DNA of 63,936 nt, filler included, from an uncultured Methanosarcinales archaeon (GTDB lineage: Archaea; Nanobdellota; Nanobdellia; Woesearchaeales; CAYXTQ01): assembly GCA_964608065.1 (NCBI GenBank). It is 3 parts of 3 records of this genome, joined end to end, with 100 filler letters (N's around TTAATTAATTAA, not from the genome) between each part and the next. Parts side by side here need not be neighbours in the genome. Positions count along the whole stretch, not along the records: positions 1 to 28,631 come from CAZSMA010000006.1; 2 more parts are not named here. One strand, given 5' to 3'. Below the pieces are notes generated by a model. That model ran no database searches. It was not told the origin of the DNA and was given only the letters and a program-made list of their open reading frames with translations. Numbering within the stretch: position 1 is the first letter of the stretch; each line of letters starts with the position of its first letter. The position numbers were made by a program, and so were the translations under genes. Shown piece after piece: positions 17,697-27,518 of this stretch.

Positions 17697-19447
17697 CTGT
17701 AGTAATATTTCTTTTTTCTTTTTTGTTCTCTGTCTTTAACACTTTCTTCTTTGTTAGCTCTTGGTCTTCTGCTTTGCTCGTCTCTTCTGAATGTAATCTT
17801 TAAGTCCTCTAAGAATAAATTCATACCTTCTTCCATATCAAATGGACCATTTACTCTACCTTCTATAGCAGGACGTCCAGTAAATACTAATAGTTTTTGA
17901 GCTAAATAATCAATAAATAATAGATCATGGTCAACAACTAAGATAGAATGACCTTTTTTTTCTGCAATATTTTTTATAACTTTTGAGACTAACAGACGTT
18001 GTTCTACGTCTAGATATGCGCTAGGTTCATCTAATAAATAGAGTTGTGCATCTTGTGCTAAGGCTTTTGCAATTGCAACTCTTTGCAGCTCTCCTCCTGA
18101 GAGTTCAGATAGTTTTCTGTTTAATAAATGTTTTATACCTAATGGGTTTATTATTTGGTTTGTGTGTTGTTTAATAGCTTCCTGCAGGACATTAGCTACA
18201 ATTTCATCTGAAGATTCTAAATATTGAGGTTTATAGGAGACTTTGACTTTTTCACTTACATTGCCTTTGTCTGGTTTGTCAACTTCTGCTAGTATTTTTA
18301 CAAAAGAAGTTTTTCCAATACCATTTTCTCCTAAAACTCCGATAACTTCGTTTTTGTATAAGTTTCCTTCCTTAGCTTCTATGTTGAATTTTCCTAATTT
18401 TTTATGAATATGATTCCATGATACTAATAAGTTAGAAGAGATTGTTTTAACAGGAGGCTTTGTTTCAAATTTAATCTTGTAAGGCCTGAATCTAATGTTT
18501 TCTTCTTTTAGGAAGCCTTCTAGGTAGACATTAATTGCAGTTCTTGTTGGTTTTGGAAGTCCAACAACACCATAGCATGCTTCTTTACCATACATTATAT
18601 GCACTAAGTCTGCCATGTAGTCTAAAATAATTAAGTCGTGCTCTACAACCATGACAGCAGTCTGTTCGTTTGCTAATGATTTTATGAATTTGCTTATTTT
18701 TATTCTTTGTTTTATATCTAAGTAAGATGTTGGTTCATCAAAGATGTATAGGTTAGCTTTCTTTAATACAGTTGCTGCAATTGCAACTCTTTGCAGTTCT
18801 CCCCCTGATATTTCGTTTATATTGCTGTCTAATATTTCTGTTAGTTCTAATTTTTCAACAATTTCGTTTAGCTTGTTGTTTTCATCAACTTTTTTTAGTA
18901 AGGTTTTGACTTTTCCTTTGACTTGCTTTGGAATCTGGTCAACTTGTTGTAGTTTGTATGAAACTTTTATTTTTTTATCTCTAAGTTTTTCAAAGAAAAT
19001 CTGCGTTTCAGTACCTTTGAAATGTTCAATAATTTGTTTGTAGTTTATTTCCTTTGCTTCTAAATCTCCAAAGTTTGGTTTTAAGACTCCTGCTAATACT
19101 TGTATTGCAGTAGATTTTCCAATACCGTTTTTTCCTAAAATTCCTACAACTTTTCCGAATTTTGGGATTGGCAGATTATATAATCTGAATTCATTGATTC
19201 CGTATTGGTGTGTTGGCTGAGATTTTAATTCTTCAGGTAAGTTTATAATTGAGATTGCTTCGAAAGGGCACTTTGTCTGGCAGATTCCGCATCCTGTGCA
19301 CAGTTCTTCATCTATTGTTGGTTTACCATCTAGCTTGATTATACATTCTTTGCCTGTTCTGTTGATAGGACAGACTCTGATGCAAAGAAAGTCTCCGCAA
19401 CCTATTGGATTGCATCTGTCTTTGTTTATCACAGCTATACGTGTCAT
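17693..19447 (-). CDS. rli: Ribosome recycling ATPase ABCE1/RLI
   Basis: N-terminal 2x[4Fe-4S] Cys motifs and two ABC domains (GKNGIGKS, SGGELQR). Confidence 0.97.
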   Translation of the reverse strand: MTRIAVINKDRCNPIGCGDFLCIRVCPINRTGKECIIKLDGKPTIDEELCTGCGICQTKCPFEAISIINLPEELKSQPTHQYGINEFRLYNLPIPKFGKVVGILGKNGIGKSTAIQVLAGVLKPNFGDLEAKEINYKQIIEHFKGTETQIFFEKLRDKKIKVSYKLQQVDQIPKQVKGKVKTLLKKVDENNKLNEIVEKLELTEILDSNINEISGGELQRVAIAATVLKKANLYIFDEPTSYLDIKQRIKISKFIKSLANEQTAVMVVEHDLIILDYMADLVHIMYGKEACYGVVGLPKPTRTAINVYLEGFLKEENIRFRPYKIKFETKPPVKTISSNLLVSWNHIHKKLGKFNIEAKEGNLYKNEVIGVLGENGIGKTSFVKILAEVDKPDKGNVSEKVKVSYKPQYLESSDEIVANVLQEAIKQHTNQIINPLGIKHLLNRKLSELSGGELQRVAIAKALAQDAQLYLLDEPSAYLDVEQRLLVSKVIKNIAEKKGHSILVVDHDLLFIDYLAQKLLVFTGRPAIEGRVNGPFDMEEGMNLFLEDLKITFRRDEQSRRPRANKEESVKDREQKRKKKYYYS

Positions 19448-19480
19448 AAGAAGCAGTATTCAACTTTATTATTTAAATCT

Positions 19481-20809
19481 TTATGTATTCTCCAAATACC
19501 TGTTTATTTCCCATTCACTTACACTTATCCTGTAATCATCCCACTCTTTTGTTTTGGCTTCAATATATTTTGACCAGGTTTCTTCTCCTAAGAAACTTTT
19601 TAGCATATCATCTTTTTTTAGATATTTTATTGCTTCCCATAAAGAATATGGCAGTACATCAATATTTTTTTCTTCTAATTTTTTATCGTCAAAATGATAG
19701 ACATCCTCTTCAACAGGAGCTTCTAGTTTTAAGTTTTGTTTAATGCCTTCTAAACCAGCTTTTAATAAAACTGCAAAAGCTAAATAAGGATTGCAAGTTG
19801 GATCTGGACATCTAATCTCGCATCTTGCTGATTCTGATTTTCCTTCATGTATTCTTGGAATTCTAATTAAAGCAGATCTATTTATCTGACCCCAACAAAT
19901 GTAGACTGGAGCCTCATAACCAGGTGTTAACCTTTTGTAAGAGTTAACTAAAGGAGAGGTTATAGAACATATAGATTTTATGTGCTGTAATTGACCTGCA
20001 ATAAAACTTTTGGCTATCTGACTTAGCTTATATTTGTCGGTTTCATCATAAAATATGTTTTTATTGTCTTTAAACAAAGATTGATGAACATGCATTCCAG
20101 ATCCATTAATACCGAAAATAGGTTTAGGCATGAATGTAGCGTGCAAATCATGTTTTTGAGCAATAGCTTTGACTGTAAATTTAAATGTAACAACATTATC
20201 AGCTGTTTTCAAAGCTTCTGCATATTTGAAATCAATCTCATGCTGTCCAATAGCAACCTCATGATGTGATGCTTCAACTTCTATACCCATTTTTTCTAAA
20301 GCTAATACCATGTCTTTTCTTATCTCAGCAGCTAAATCTGTTGTTAAGTCAAAATAACCAGCTTTATCATGAGGCAGAGCTTTTAGATTCCCATTATCTT
20401 TTCTGAAAATAAAAAATTCTGGTTCAGGTCCAGTGTAATATTTAAAGCCCAGCTCTTCAGCTTCTTTTAAAACCTTTTTTAGGATATATCTTGGATCTCC
20501 TTCAAATGGGTTTCCATCAGGTCCATAAATATCGCAAATAAGCCTGGCAGTTTTCTCAGGCCTATCATGCCATGGGATTAAAGCATAAGTGTTAATATCT
20601 GGCTTAAGATACATATCTGATTCTGCAATTCTGGCAAAACCTTCTATAGAAGAGCCATCAAACCAGATGCCTTTTTCCAAAGCTTCTGGAAGCCTTTCAG
20701 TCGGGATTGTTATTGATTTTAATCCTCCTAAGAAATCTGAGAATTGTAATTCGATGAATTTTACATTGTCTTGTTTTACTTTTATTAATGTTTTTTCCAT
20801 TGTACCCAT
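19481..20809 (-). CDS. glnA: Glutamine synthetase type I
   Basis: FDGSSI, HHEVA..QHEI, NGSGMHVHQS, NSYKRLTPGYEAP, EIRCPD. Confidence 0.97.
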   Translation of the reverse strand: MGTMEKTLIKVKQDNVKFIELQFSDFLGGLKSITIPTERLPEALEKGIWFDGSSIEGFARIAESDMYLKPDINTYALIPWHDRPEKTARLICDIYGPDGNPFEGDPRYILKKVLKEAEELGFKYYTGPEPEFFIFRKDNGNLKALPHDKAGYFDLTTDLAAEIRKDMVLALEKMGIEVEASHHEVAIGQHEIDFKYAEALKTADNVVTFKFTVKAIAQKHDLHATFMPKPIFGINGSGMHVHQSLFKDNKNIFYDETDKYKLSQIAKSFIAGQLQHIKSICSITSPLVNSYKRLTPGYEAPVYICWGQINRSALIRIPRIHEGKSESARCEIRCPDPTCNPYLAFAVLLKAGLEGIKQNLKLEAPVEEDVYHFDDKKLEEKNIDVLPYSLWEAIKYLKKDDMLKSFLGEETWSKYIEAKTKEWDDYRISVSEWEINRYLENT

Positions 20810-20908
20810 CTTAATGAAAAATTTGTTAAGTTATATTTATATATTTCTATAGAGTAAAATAACTATCCAATAAAAACCTTTATAAATGAAGTAATGTTTT
20901 AAGTTGAT

Positions 20909-21064
20909 ATGAAATGCGAAATTTGTAAAAAAAAAATTGAAGAAACATTTTTGAAAAAGATAGTTGGTACTGTAGTTAAGGATAAAAAAGGTAAAAAACA
21001 TTATGTTTGTTCTGATTGTCAAAAAAAATATAATAAAAAAGAAGAAATATTAACGAAATTATAA
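20909..21064 (+). CDS. Small zinc-finger protein (51 aa, MKCEICKKKIEETFLKKIVGT...VCSDCQ)
   Basis: CxxC...CxxC; ATG about 25 nt after TATA TTTATAAA. Confidence 0.75.
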   Translation: MKCEICKKKIEETFLKKIVGTVVKDKKGKKHYVCSDCQKKYNKKEEILTKL

Positions 21065-21069
21065 TTTCT

Positions 21070-21141
21070 GCCTCTGTAGCTTAATCGCAGAGCAGCTGAT
21101 TCGTAATCAGCAGGTTGAGGGTTCAATTCCCTTCAGAGGCT
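21070..21141 (+). tRNA. tRNA-Thr(CGU)
   Basis: GCCTCTG/CAGAGGC acceptor, GCTGA-TT-CGT-AA-TCAGC, T arm GAGGGTTCAATTCCCTT. Confidence 0.9.
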
Positions 21142-21182
21142 TAAAAGTTATATTTAAATAATACTTTGTAATTTCATATAAT

Positions 21183-22073
21183 ATGAACAGAAGAGAATTT
21201 TTAAGGTCATCTGGAACTCTAGCACTTGGGGCTGTATTAAATTCATGTTATCCAAGAGAGAGAAGGGAATCGAGGTTATTAACAGAATTTTTAGAATCTG
21301 AAAAAGTAACAGATAGGAGAGATATTGAAAGAATTCTTTATGATATCAATGAGATAGACAGGCAAGGCAAGAAATCAATAAAAGGACGAGCAACACATTT
21401 AGGTGATAATTTTTTCCTTACTGCATATCATGTTGTAGATAAAGGTAATTTGGAATTAGTACCTCAAACTAGGAGAGGCAATGTCTGGGATTCAAGCCAG
21501 GAATTTGAGGTTGTCGAGTATGATGAAGATTCTAATCTTGCTTTGTTGAAAACAGATAAGAAATACAAAGGAAAGCCCAGCTTGCACTTGAGTTATAAAA
21601 TCCCTTTATTAGGTGATGATGTCTCAACATTTATCAGGCTTATAGGGGATCCTCATCATGTAGATTATGAATATGAATTAAGGGGCAGGGATTTTTATGA
21701 TAATTCTAAAGAAATTTTACTAGGAAAGCTTGTTATCCCAGCTAATTCACTTGTTTATGAGAAACAAGGAAAAGTTCTTGAAAGAATTCCAAATGACATT
21801 GAAGGAAAAGAAAATCAGCTTTTTAGTTCTATTGCAAGCTCTGAAGATGAATCTGGCCAGCATGTTTTTTTAAGAAAAGGTGATAATTATTTTTTTGCAG
21901 GAATATTGACAGGGTTTTATAAGCTTGATAATGAGCTTGATAATAAGATTGAAATAAATTATCATCATTTTGGAGAAGAGTTTCTGAATCTGAAGCAGAC
22001 AGGCTCTTTTTTTGCACATAGAGAACCGATAGAAAGATTAATCAGAAGATATGTTAAAAGGATGTCAAGATGA
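21183..22073 (+). CDS. Tat-signal lipoprotein with trypsin-like (S1) protease fold, degenerate motifs
   Basis: RREFLR twin-arginine signal, LNSC lipobox-like, LTAYHVV, NLALLK, ESGQHVF. Confidence 0.7.
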   Translation: MNRREFLRSSGTLALGAVLNSCYPRERRESRLLTEFLESEKVTDRRDIERILYDINEIDRQGKKSIKGRATHLGDNFFLTAYHVVDKGNLELVPQTRRGNVWDSSQEFEVVEYDEDSNLALLKTDKKYKGKPSLHLSYKIPLLGDDVSTFIRLIGDPHHVDYEYELRGRDFYDNSKEILLGKLVIPANSLVYEKQGKVLERIPNDIEGKENQLFSSIASSEDESGQHVFLRKGDNYFFAGILTGFYKLDNELDNKIEINYHHFGEEFLNLKQTGSFFAHREPIERLIRRYVKRMSR

Positions 22074-23011
22074 AAAAAACACAATTTGAAAGGGCAATAT
22101 TTTTATCTTGGTATTGTGCTAAAGGAGACTGCAAGTTCTGCTATATGTCAACGCAGAAGAATCTGATTAAAGATCCTAAGAAAGCTAGAAGGAGTTTTGC
22201 TTCAATATTAGCTGAGGCTATTATTTGCAAGAAAATGGGCTGGAAGATAGAGTTTTTGTCTGGAGGTTATGAAAGCTTTACAAACAAAGAGTTATTGTTT
22301 TTGATAAAAAATATTTATGAGATATATGGGGAAAAATTGTGGCTGAATATTGGTATCTTGGGGAAAAATGATTTAGAGATGTTTAAACCTTATATCCAGG
22401 GAGTTTGCGGTACTGTTGAAACAATAAATCCTAAACTACATCAACAGATGTGCCCTTCAAAACCTATAAAACATGTAGAGAAAATGTTTAAGATATGTGA
22501 TGAATTAAAACTAAAAAAGACTATGACTTTTATTTTAGGATTAGGTGAGACAATAAAAGATTTTTCATTATTGAAAAAATTATTAAAAAAAAATAAAATC
22601 AATAAAATAACATTTTACAGGCTAAAGCCTCAGAAAAATACTATATTTTATGGAAAAAAGGTAATATCTTCAGAATATTATGTCTCTTGGATTGAAAAGA
22701 CAAGGAAATCATTTCCTAAATTGGAGATAACAGTTGGAAGCTGGCTTACACATCTTGATGAAATCCATCTATTGCTTAATGCAGGGGCTGATAATATAAC
22801 TAAATTTCCTTCGATAAAGCTGTTTAATTCTAAATATGCAAGAAAAATTGAAGAAGAAGCAAAAAAAAGCAATAGAAATTTTATAGGAACATTGACTAAG
22901 ATGCCTAAAATTGATGTTTATATGGAAGTTAATAAATTAGAGTTAGATGACAAATTAAAAAAAAATGTTGAGATAAAATTAAGAAGTTATTTAGGAAAGA
23001 TGTCTGCTTAA
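22070..23011 (+). CDS. Radical SAM protein (biotin synthase-like archaeal family)
   Basis: CAKGDCKFC cluster motif, FLSGG, ILGLGET. Confidence 0.85.
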   Translation: MKKTQFERAIFLSWYCAKGDCKFCYMSTQKNLIKDPKKARRSFASILAEAIICKKMGWKIEFLSGGYESFTNKELLFLIKNIYEIYGEKLWLNIGILGKNDLEMFKPYIQGVCGTVETINPKLHQQMCPSKPIKHVEKMFKICDELKLKKTMTFILGLGETIKDFSLLKKLLKKNKINKITFYRLKPQKNTIFYGKKVISSEYYVSWIEKTRKSFPKLEITVGSWLTHLDEIHLLLNAGADNITKFPSIKLFNSKYARKIEEEAKKSNRNFIGTLTKMPKIDVYMEVNKLELDDKLKKNVEIKLRSYLGKMSA

Positions 23012-24508
23012 GACAATATGTTTCTTACTTTTAGGATAATCTTCATTATAAAAAACACCAATGCTGTTTTTTCTTTTTAAAGAAGCTATTGTTATTAATT
23101 TTGCAACTAAAACCATGTTTTTTAGCTCTATTAATTGATAGTTTATGCCTTTTATTTGATTAATCTTTTTTTCTATGTTCTTAATTTGGTTTAAAGCTTT
23201 ATTGCAGTCTTGGGTTGATTTTATGATTCCAACATAATCCCACATTATTTTTCTTAAATTATTCCTAATTTTGCTTAATTCTTTCATGTTTTTGATCAAT
23301 CTTGGAGATTTTATTTTTTTAATCTTAATCTTATTTTTTATATATTGTTTGCATTTGCTTATACCTCTAGAAGAAAAAACAACAGATTCTAACAATGAGT
23401 TGCTTGGAAGCCTGTTAGCACCATGGACTCCTGTGCAAGTGACTTCTCCGAATGCAAACAATGCTTTGATATTAGTCTCTCCATAAGTGTTTGTTTTTAT
23501 TCCACCGCATGAGTAATGGGCTACAGGAGATATTGGAATTAGCTGCTTTGAAATATCTAAATTACATTCGTAACATGTTCTGTAGATTGTTGGAAATCTT
23601 TTTTTTAAAAAATCATCACCATGGTTTCTTACATCAATGTATACTTTCCCTTTTTTCAATTCATCTAAAATAGCTCTTGTCATAACATCTCTTGGAGCTA
23701 ATTCCTTTAATTTATGGTATTTTTCCATAAATCTTTCTCCTTTATTGTTAACTAATAAAGCACCTTCTCCTCTTATTGTTTCTGATATTAAAAATCTACG
23801 GCAACCTTTTTTGTCTAAAGCAGTAGGATGGAACTGGACAAATTCAATATCTTCTATTTTAGCTCCTGCTCTGTATGCAATAGCTACTCCATCACCTGTT
23901 GCAATCCTTGGATTAGAAGAATGAGAATAAATTTCACCTAAACCCCCTGTAGTTAGTACTGTTGCTTTGCTGAAGATATTGATTATTTTATTATTTTTAA
24001 CATCAAGGATAGTTGCTCCAATACATCTTCCATTGTTTTTGATAAGATCAATGGCAATATGTTTTTCATAAACTTCTGTGTTTTTATTGTTTATTACATG
24101 AGATACAAGTGTTTCTTCTATTTCTCTTCCAGTTACATCTCTTATATGGACAATTCTTCTTTTACTGTGACCTCCTTCTTTGGTTAAACTTATATCTCCT
24201 TTGTATCTATCAAAACCAATTCCTAATTCAGCTAAAGATTTGACTTCTTTTGGAGCGTTTTTTACCATAACTTCAATTGCTTTTTTGTTGCCTATATTGC
24301 ATCCTACTTTTAATGTATCTTTGATGTGTTTTTCAAAAGTATCATATTTTGAAAGAACAGCAGCTATTCCGCCTTGTGCATAGTTTGTGTTAGATTCTAT
24401 AATGTCTTTTTTTGTTATTATTGTAACTTTTCCGTATTTAGCTGCTTTTATAGCAAAGTTTAATCCAGCAATACCAGATCCTATTACTAAGAAGTCTGTT
24501 TTTATCAT
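22991..24508 (-). CDS. nadB: L-aspartate oxidase
   Basis: GSGIAGL, AQGGIA, EGGHS, QFHPT, HGANRL. Confidence 0.95.
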   Translation of the reverse strand: MIKTDFLVIGSGIAGLNFAIKAAKYGKVTIITKKDIIESNTNYAQGGIAAVLSKYDTFEKHIKDTLKVGCNIGNKKAIEVMVKNAPKEVKSLAELGIGFDRYKGDISLTKEGGHSKRRIVHIRDVTGREIEETLVSHVINNKNTEVYEKHIAIDLIKNNGRCIGATILDVKNNKIINIFSKATVLTTGGLGEIYSHSSNPRIATGDGVAIAYRAGAKIEDIEFVQFHPTALDKKGCRRFLISETIRGEGALLVNNKGERFMEKYHKLKELAPRDVMTRAILDELKKGKVYIDVRNHGDDFLKKRFPTIYRTCYECNLDISKQLIPISPVAHYSCGGIKTNTYGETNIKALFAFGEVTCTGVHGANRLPSNSLLESVVFSSRGISKCKQYIKNKIKIKKIKSPRLIKNMKELSKIRNNLRKIMWDYVGIIKSTQDCNKALNQIKNIEKKINQIKGINYQLIELKNMVLVAKLITIASLKRKNSIGVFYNEDYPKSKKHIVLSRHLS

Positions 24509-24972
24509 TTTGTTTTTTTAATCATGATTGTTGACAAAGGCTTGAATCCAAGTTTTTTCCAGGTTTCAACTGCGTTCTTATTTGAATTATAAACATTAGT
24601 CTTAATATATTTTATATTCTTTTTTCTTAAAAATTTTAATGCAAAATCGTCTAAAACTCTTGCTATTCCCTGTCTCCTGTAATCCTTGTGCGTTACTGCT
24701 GAATTTAAGTATCCATATTCTTTTATCTTAAAGCATTTATCATTTTTTTTCATCAAAACTTCAATAAAGCCAACAATATTATTATCTATTACTGCAACGA
24801 ATATGTTAACATTTTTTTTTATTATATCTTTTTTTGCAAATTCAACCTGGTTCTTAATGCTTATTTTTTTCTCTAGTTCAATTAAAGGGTCATCTTTGTG
24901 ATATTCCCAAAACTGCGTATACATTTCAGCTAAATTTTCTGCATCAGATAATCTTGCTTTTCTTATTATCAT
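24505..24972 (-). CDS. GNAT family N-acetyltransferase
   Basis: YRRQGIA acetyl-CoA motif, N..A...WKKLGF. Confidence 0.88.
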   Translation of the reverse strand: MIIRKARLSDAENLAEMYTQFWEYHKDDPLIELEKKISIKNQVEFAKKDIIKKNVNIFVAVIDNNIVGFIEVLMKKNDKCFKIKEYGYLNSAVTHKDYRRQGIARVLDDFALKFLRKKNIKYIKTNVYNSNKNAVETWKKLGFKPLSTIMIKKTK

Positions 24973-25784
24973 TTTATAATCAAACTCATGTCCAAAACAT
25001 GAGAGTTTTTAGTCAATGAACCTAATGAGATGAGATCAACAAACTGATATTTTTTGATGTCTTTTACACCTGAAGCTTCAAAAATCATATTTTTAGGAAG
25101 CAATTTAATTGTTTTTTTTATTTCGTTTGGAGACATATTGTCAAACATTATTGCTTTTGGTTTATATTTGGCAAATTTTAATGCTTGCTTTAGGTTAGTT
25201 ATTTCAATTATTGCATTTTTACAAGGTTTTGAGTATTTTAAATGATTTTCTTTGATTAGAATTTCATCACTTAGGTTTAACCTATGTGTTAAAGCTCCTC
25301 CAATATAAGCTGCTTTTTTATCAAGTAAAGGATAAATCGTTTTTCTTGTTGATGCAATCCTTGTTTTTGATTTTTTAACAATATTATTTGTAAAAGTTGC
25401 TATTCCTGACATTCTTTGTAAAATATTTAATATTGTTCTTTCAAGTTTTAATATTGTTTTAATATCTCCTTTTAATGCTATGATTATTTCATTATTTTTT
25501 ACTTTGCTTTTATCTTTTTTAGATATTATTTTTATATTATGTTTTTTTAATAAATATGTTATTTCTTCGATACCAGCCAGAATTCCTGGTTGTTTTGCAA
25601 TTATCACTGCTTTTACTGTTTTGTTTTTTAATAATTTATTAGAAGTTATATCTCCTTTGGAAATATCTGTTGTTAGTAATAAGTTGAATAGATTTTCTAA
25701 GAAATCTCTGTAAGATTTGTTCTTTACAGTAAGTAAATGACTTTTATCATAAATTTTTTTTATCCTATCATCCTTTGAAGGCAT
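24969..25784 (-). CDS. nadC: Quinolinate phosphoribosyltransferase
   Basis: ERTILNILQRMSGIAT, TRKT, HRLNLSD..LIKENH, FDN, EASG. Confidence 0.92.
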   Translation of the reverse strand: MPSKDDRIKKIYDKSHLLTVKNKSYRDFLENLFNLLLTTDISKGDITSNKLLKNKTVKAVIIAKQPGILAGIEEITYLLKKHNIKIISKKDKSKVKNNEIIIALKGDIKTILKLERTILNILQRMSGIATFTNNIVKKSKTRIASTRKTIYPLLDKKAAYIGGALTHRLNLSDEILIKENHLKYSKPCKNAIIEITNLKQALKFAKYKPKAIMFDNMSPNEIKKTIKLLPKNMIFEASGVKDIKKYQFVDLISLGSLTKNSHVLDMSLIIK

Positions 25785-26652
25785 TTTCTTGCTTTATCTG
25801 CTGTTTGTTTTGGAACATCAACTTCAAATTGTTCATTTTTTAGAGCTTCATAAACATTCTCTAAATTAATTTTCTTCATATTAACACAAATACCTGCTGC
25901 CCTATAAAACTTTTTGTTTGGAACTTCAATTTCTAAACGGTTACACATACCTTCTTCTGTCACTATAATAAATTCATTTGCAGGATTATTTTTTGCATAT
26001 TTTATCATTCCACCAGTTCCTGTGATATGGTCTGCTAGTTTTAAAACTTCAGGAGGACATTCAGGGTGCGCAACTATTTTTGCATCTGGATGAAGAGATT
26101 TAGCTTTCTTTATATTTTTTGATAAAACTTTATCATGTACATAACAATAGCCCTCCATTGTTATTATTTTTTTTTTTTTATTTTTTTTTGTAGATATTCC
26201 CCCATGTTTTTGTCTGGAAGGAAAATAATTTCTTTATTTGGCAAAGAGTTTGCAATATCAATGAAATTCATGCTTGTACAGCATATATCAGACATTGCTT
26301 TTGTTTCTGCGTTTGTGTTAATGTAAGACATTACTGCAGCTCTAGGATGATTTTGTTTTAGTTCTCTTAATTCATCTAAGTTGACCATTGCAGCCATTGG
26401 ACAGTTTGCTTGTTTACTTGGGATTAAAACTTTTTTTTTAGGACTAAGTATTTTAGCTGATTCTGCCATAAAATCAACACCGCAAAAAACAATAATATCA
26501 GCAGTAGTTTCAGCAGCCTTTTTTGATAAATCTAAAGAATCGCCTATAAAATCAGCTACTTCGTAGATCTCTTTTCTTTGGTAATTATGAGCTAATATAA
26601 CTGCGTTCTTTTCTCTCTTTAGTTTATTAATTTCCTGTATTAAATCCCCCAT
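25760..26652 (-). CDS. nadA: Quinolinate synthase, frameshifted in a poly-A run at about 26160-26190 (ORFs 26164-26652 and 25760-26158)
   Basis: LAHNYQ, FCGVDFMAE, CPMA, YINT in the first part; GYCYVH, AHPEC, C..MKK in the second. Confidence 0.9.
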
Positions 26653-26854
26653 ACTTCTTGGTTTGGTTTATTGTTATATATAAAGGTTGTTGAAAAATGA
26701 TAGAATGAGCATTAAACGAATCTACATTAATAAAAAAAAAAAAATTGGGTAATGAACGAATAAGACTAAATAGGGGGAATACAGATTACTTCTTTTTATT
26801 ATATTTACTTATGTTCCCAACGCCCTTTTGCAAAACGAAAACTTTAAATACTAG

Positions 26855-26880
26855 TACACATTTGTGTGTATAAGTGTGTA
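26855..26880. promoter_or_regulatory. Putative operator of the Doc/RHH pair
   Basis: TACACA-TTTG-TGTGTA palindrome plus extra TGTGTA between TATA and start codon. Confidence 0.55.
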
Positions 26881-26882
26881 TT

Positions 26883-27224
26883 ATGAAATTCACTTTAAGC
26901 CAAAAAGACATAATATCCTTTAATAAGGAATTTGATAATGGCACGATTATTAATGAAGCCAGCCTAGACTTTGCACTGAGTTATGCAAAGAAAACTGAGA
27001 ATTGGACTAAGGCGTTAGCTTTTTTGGTAAGAGCAATCTTATTGGACCACGTTTTTGAAGAAGGAAATAAAAGAACAGCGGCGCTTTTGTTGAAGAGTTA
27101 TGCAGAGTATGAAGGGTATAAAACATATGATGACAAGGTTGTCTTATTGGTTAAAGATATCATCCTAAAAAATATCAAGAGTATAGCCAAGATTGAGGAT
27201 ATGATTAAAGATGCAATCAAATAA
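26883..27224 (+). CDS. Fic/Doc family toxin
   Basis: HVFEEGNKRTA Doc-type motif. Confidence 0.85.
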   Translation: MKFTLSQKDIISFNKEFDNGTIINEASLDFALSYAKKTENWTKALAFLVRAILLDHVFEEGNKRTAALLLKSYAEYEGYKTYDDKVVLLVKDIILKNIKSIAKIEDMIKDAIK

Positions 27225-27438
27225 AATATTGAAGATAGCGCATGATATTGTAGTCAGGGATAAGATAGTATTTGATACTCTAATGGAATTTGAGAGAGAC
27301 AAGAGAATAAGAACAAAAAAAAGGCTTAATTTCACTATTGATAAGAATACTGCTGATAAGTTCAGAAGATATTGCAGGGAAAAAGGATATAACATGAGCT
27401 CTAAGATAGAGAAAGCCATGGAAGATATGCTGTCATAA
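27211..27438 (+). CDS. Ribbon-helix-helix protein, putative antitoxin
   Basis: KKRLNFTID..FRRYC..GYNMSSKIE RHH pattern; overlaps toxin. Confidence 0.7.
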   Translation: MQSNKILKIAHDIVVRDKIVFDTLMEFERDKRIRTKKRLNFTIDKNTADKFRRYCREKGYNMSSKIEKAMEDMLS

Positions 27439-27518
27439 GCTGAATTCATAATATCCTCTGCTGAAAAAACTTGGTCAATGAACTAGATAATAATAAAATA
27501 AAAAGGTATAGTTGTTAT

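Noticed and set aside
26158..26192. nadA split as programmed frameshift, mRNA intron or pseudogene
   Set aside because: The break is inside a degenerate poly-A run like other low-quality homopolymer tracts here, both halves are intact and no BHB is visible; a sequencing error is most likely
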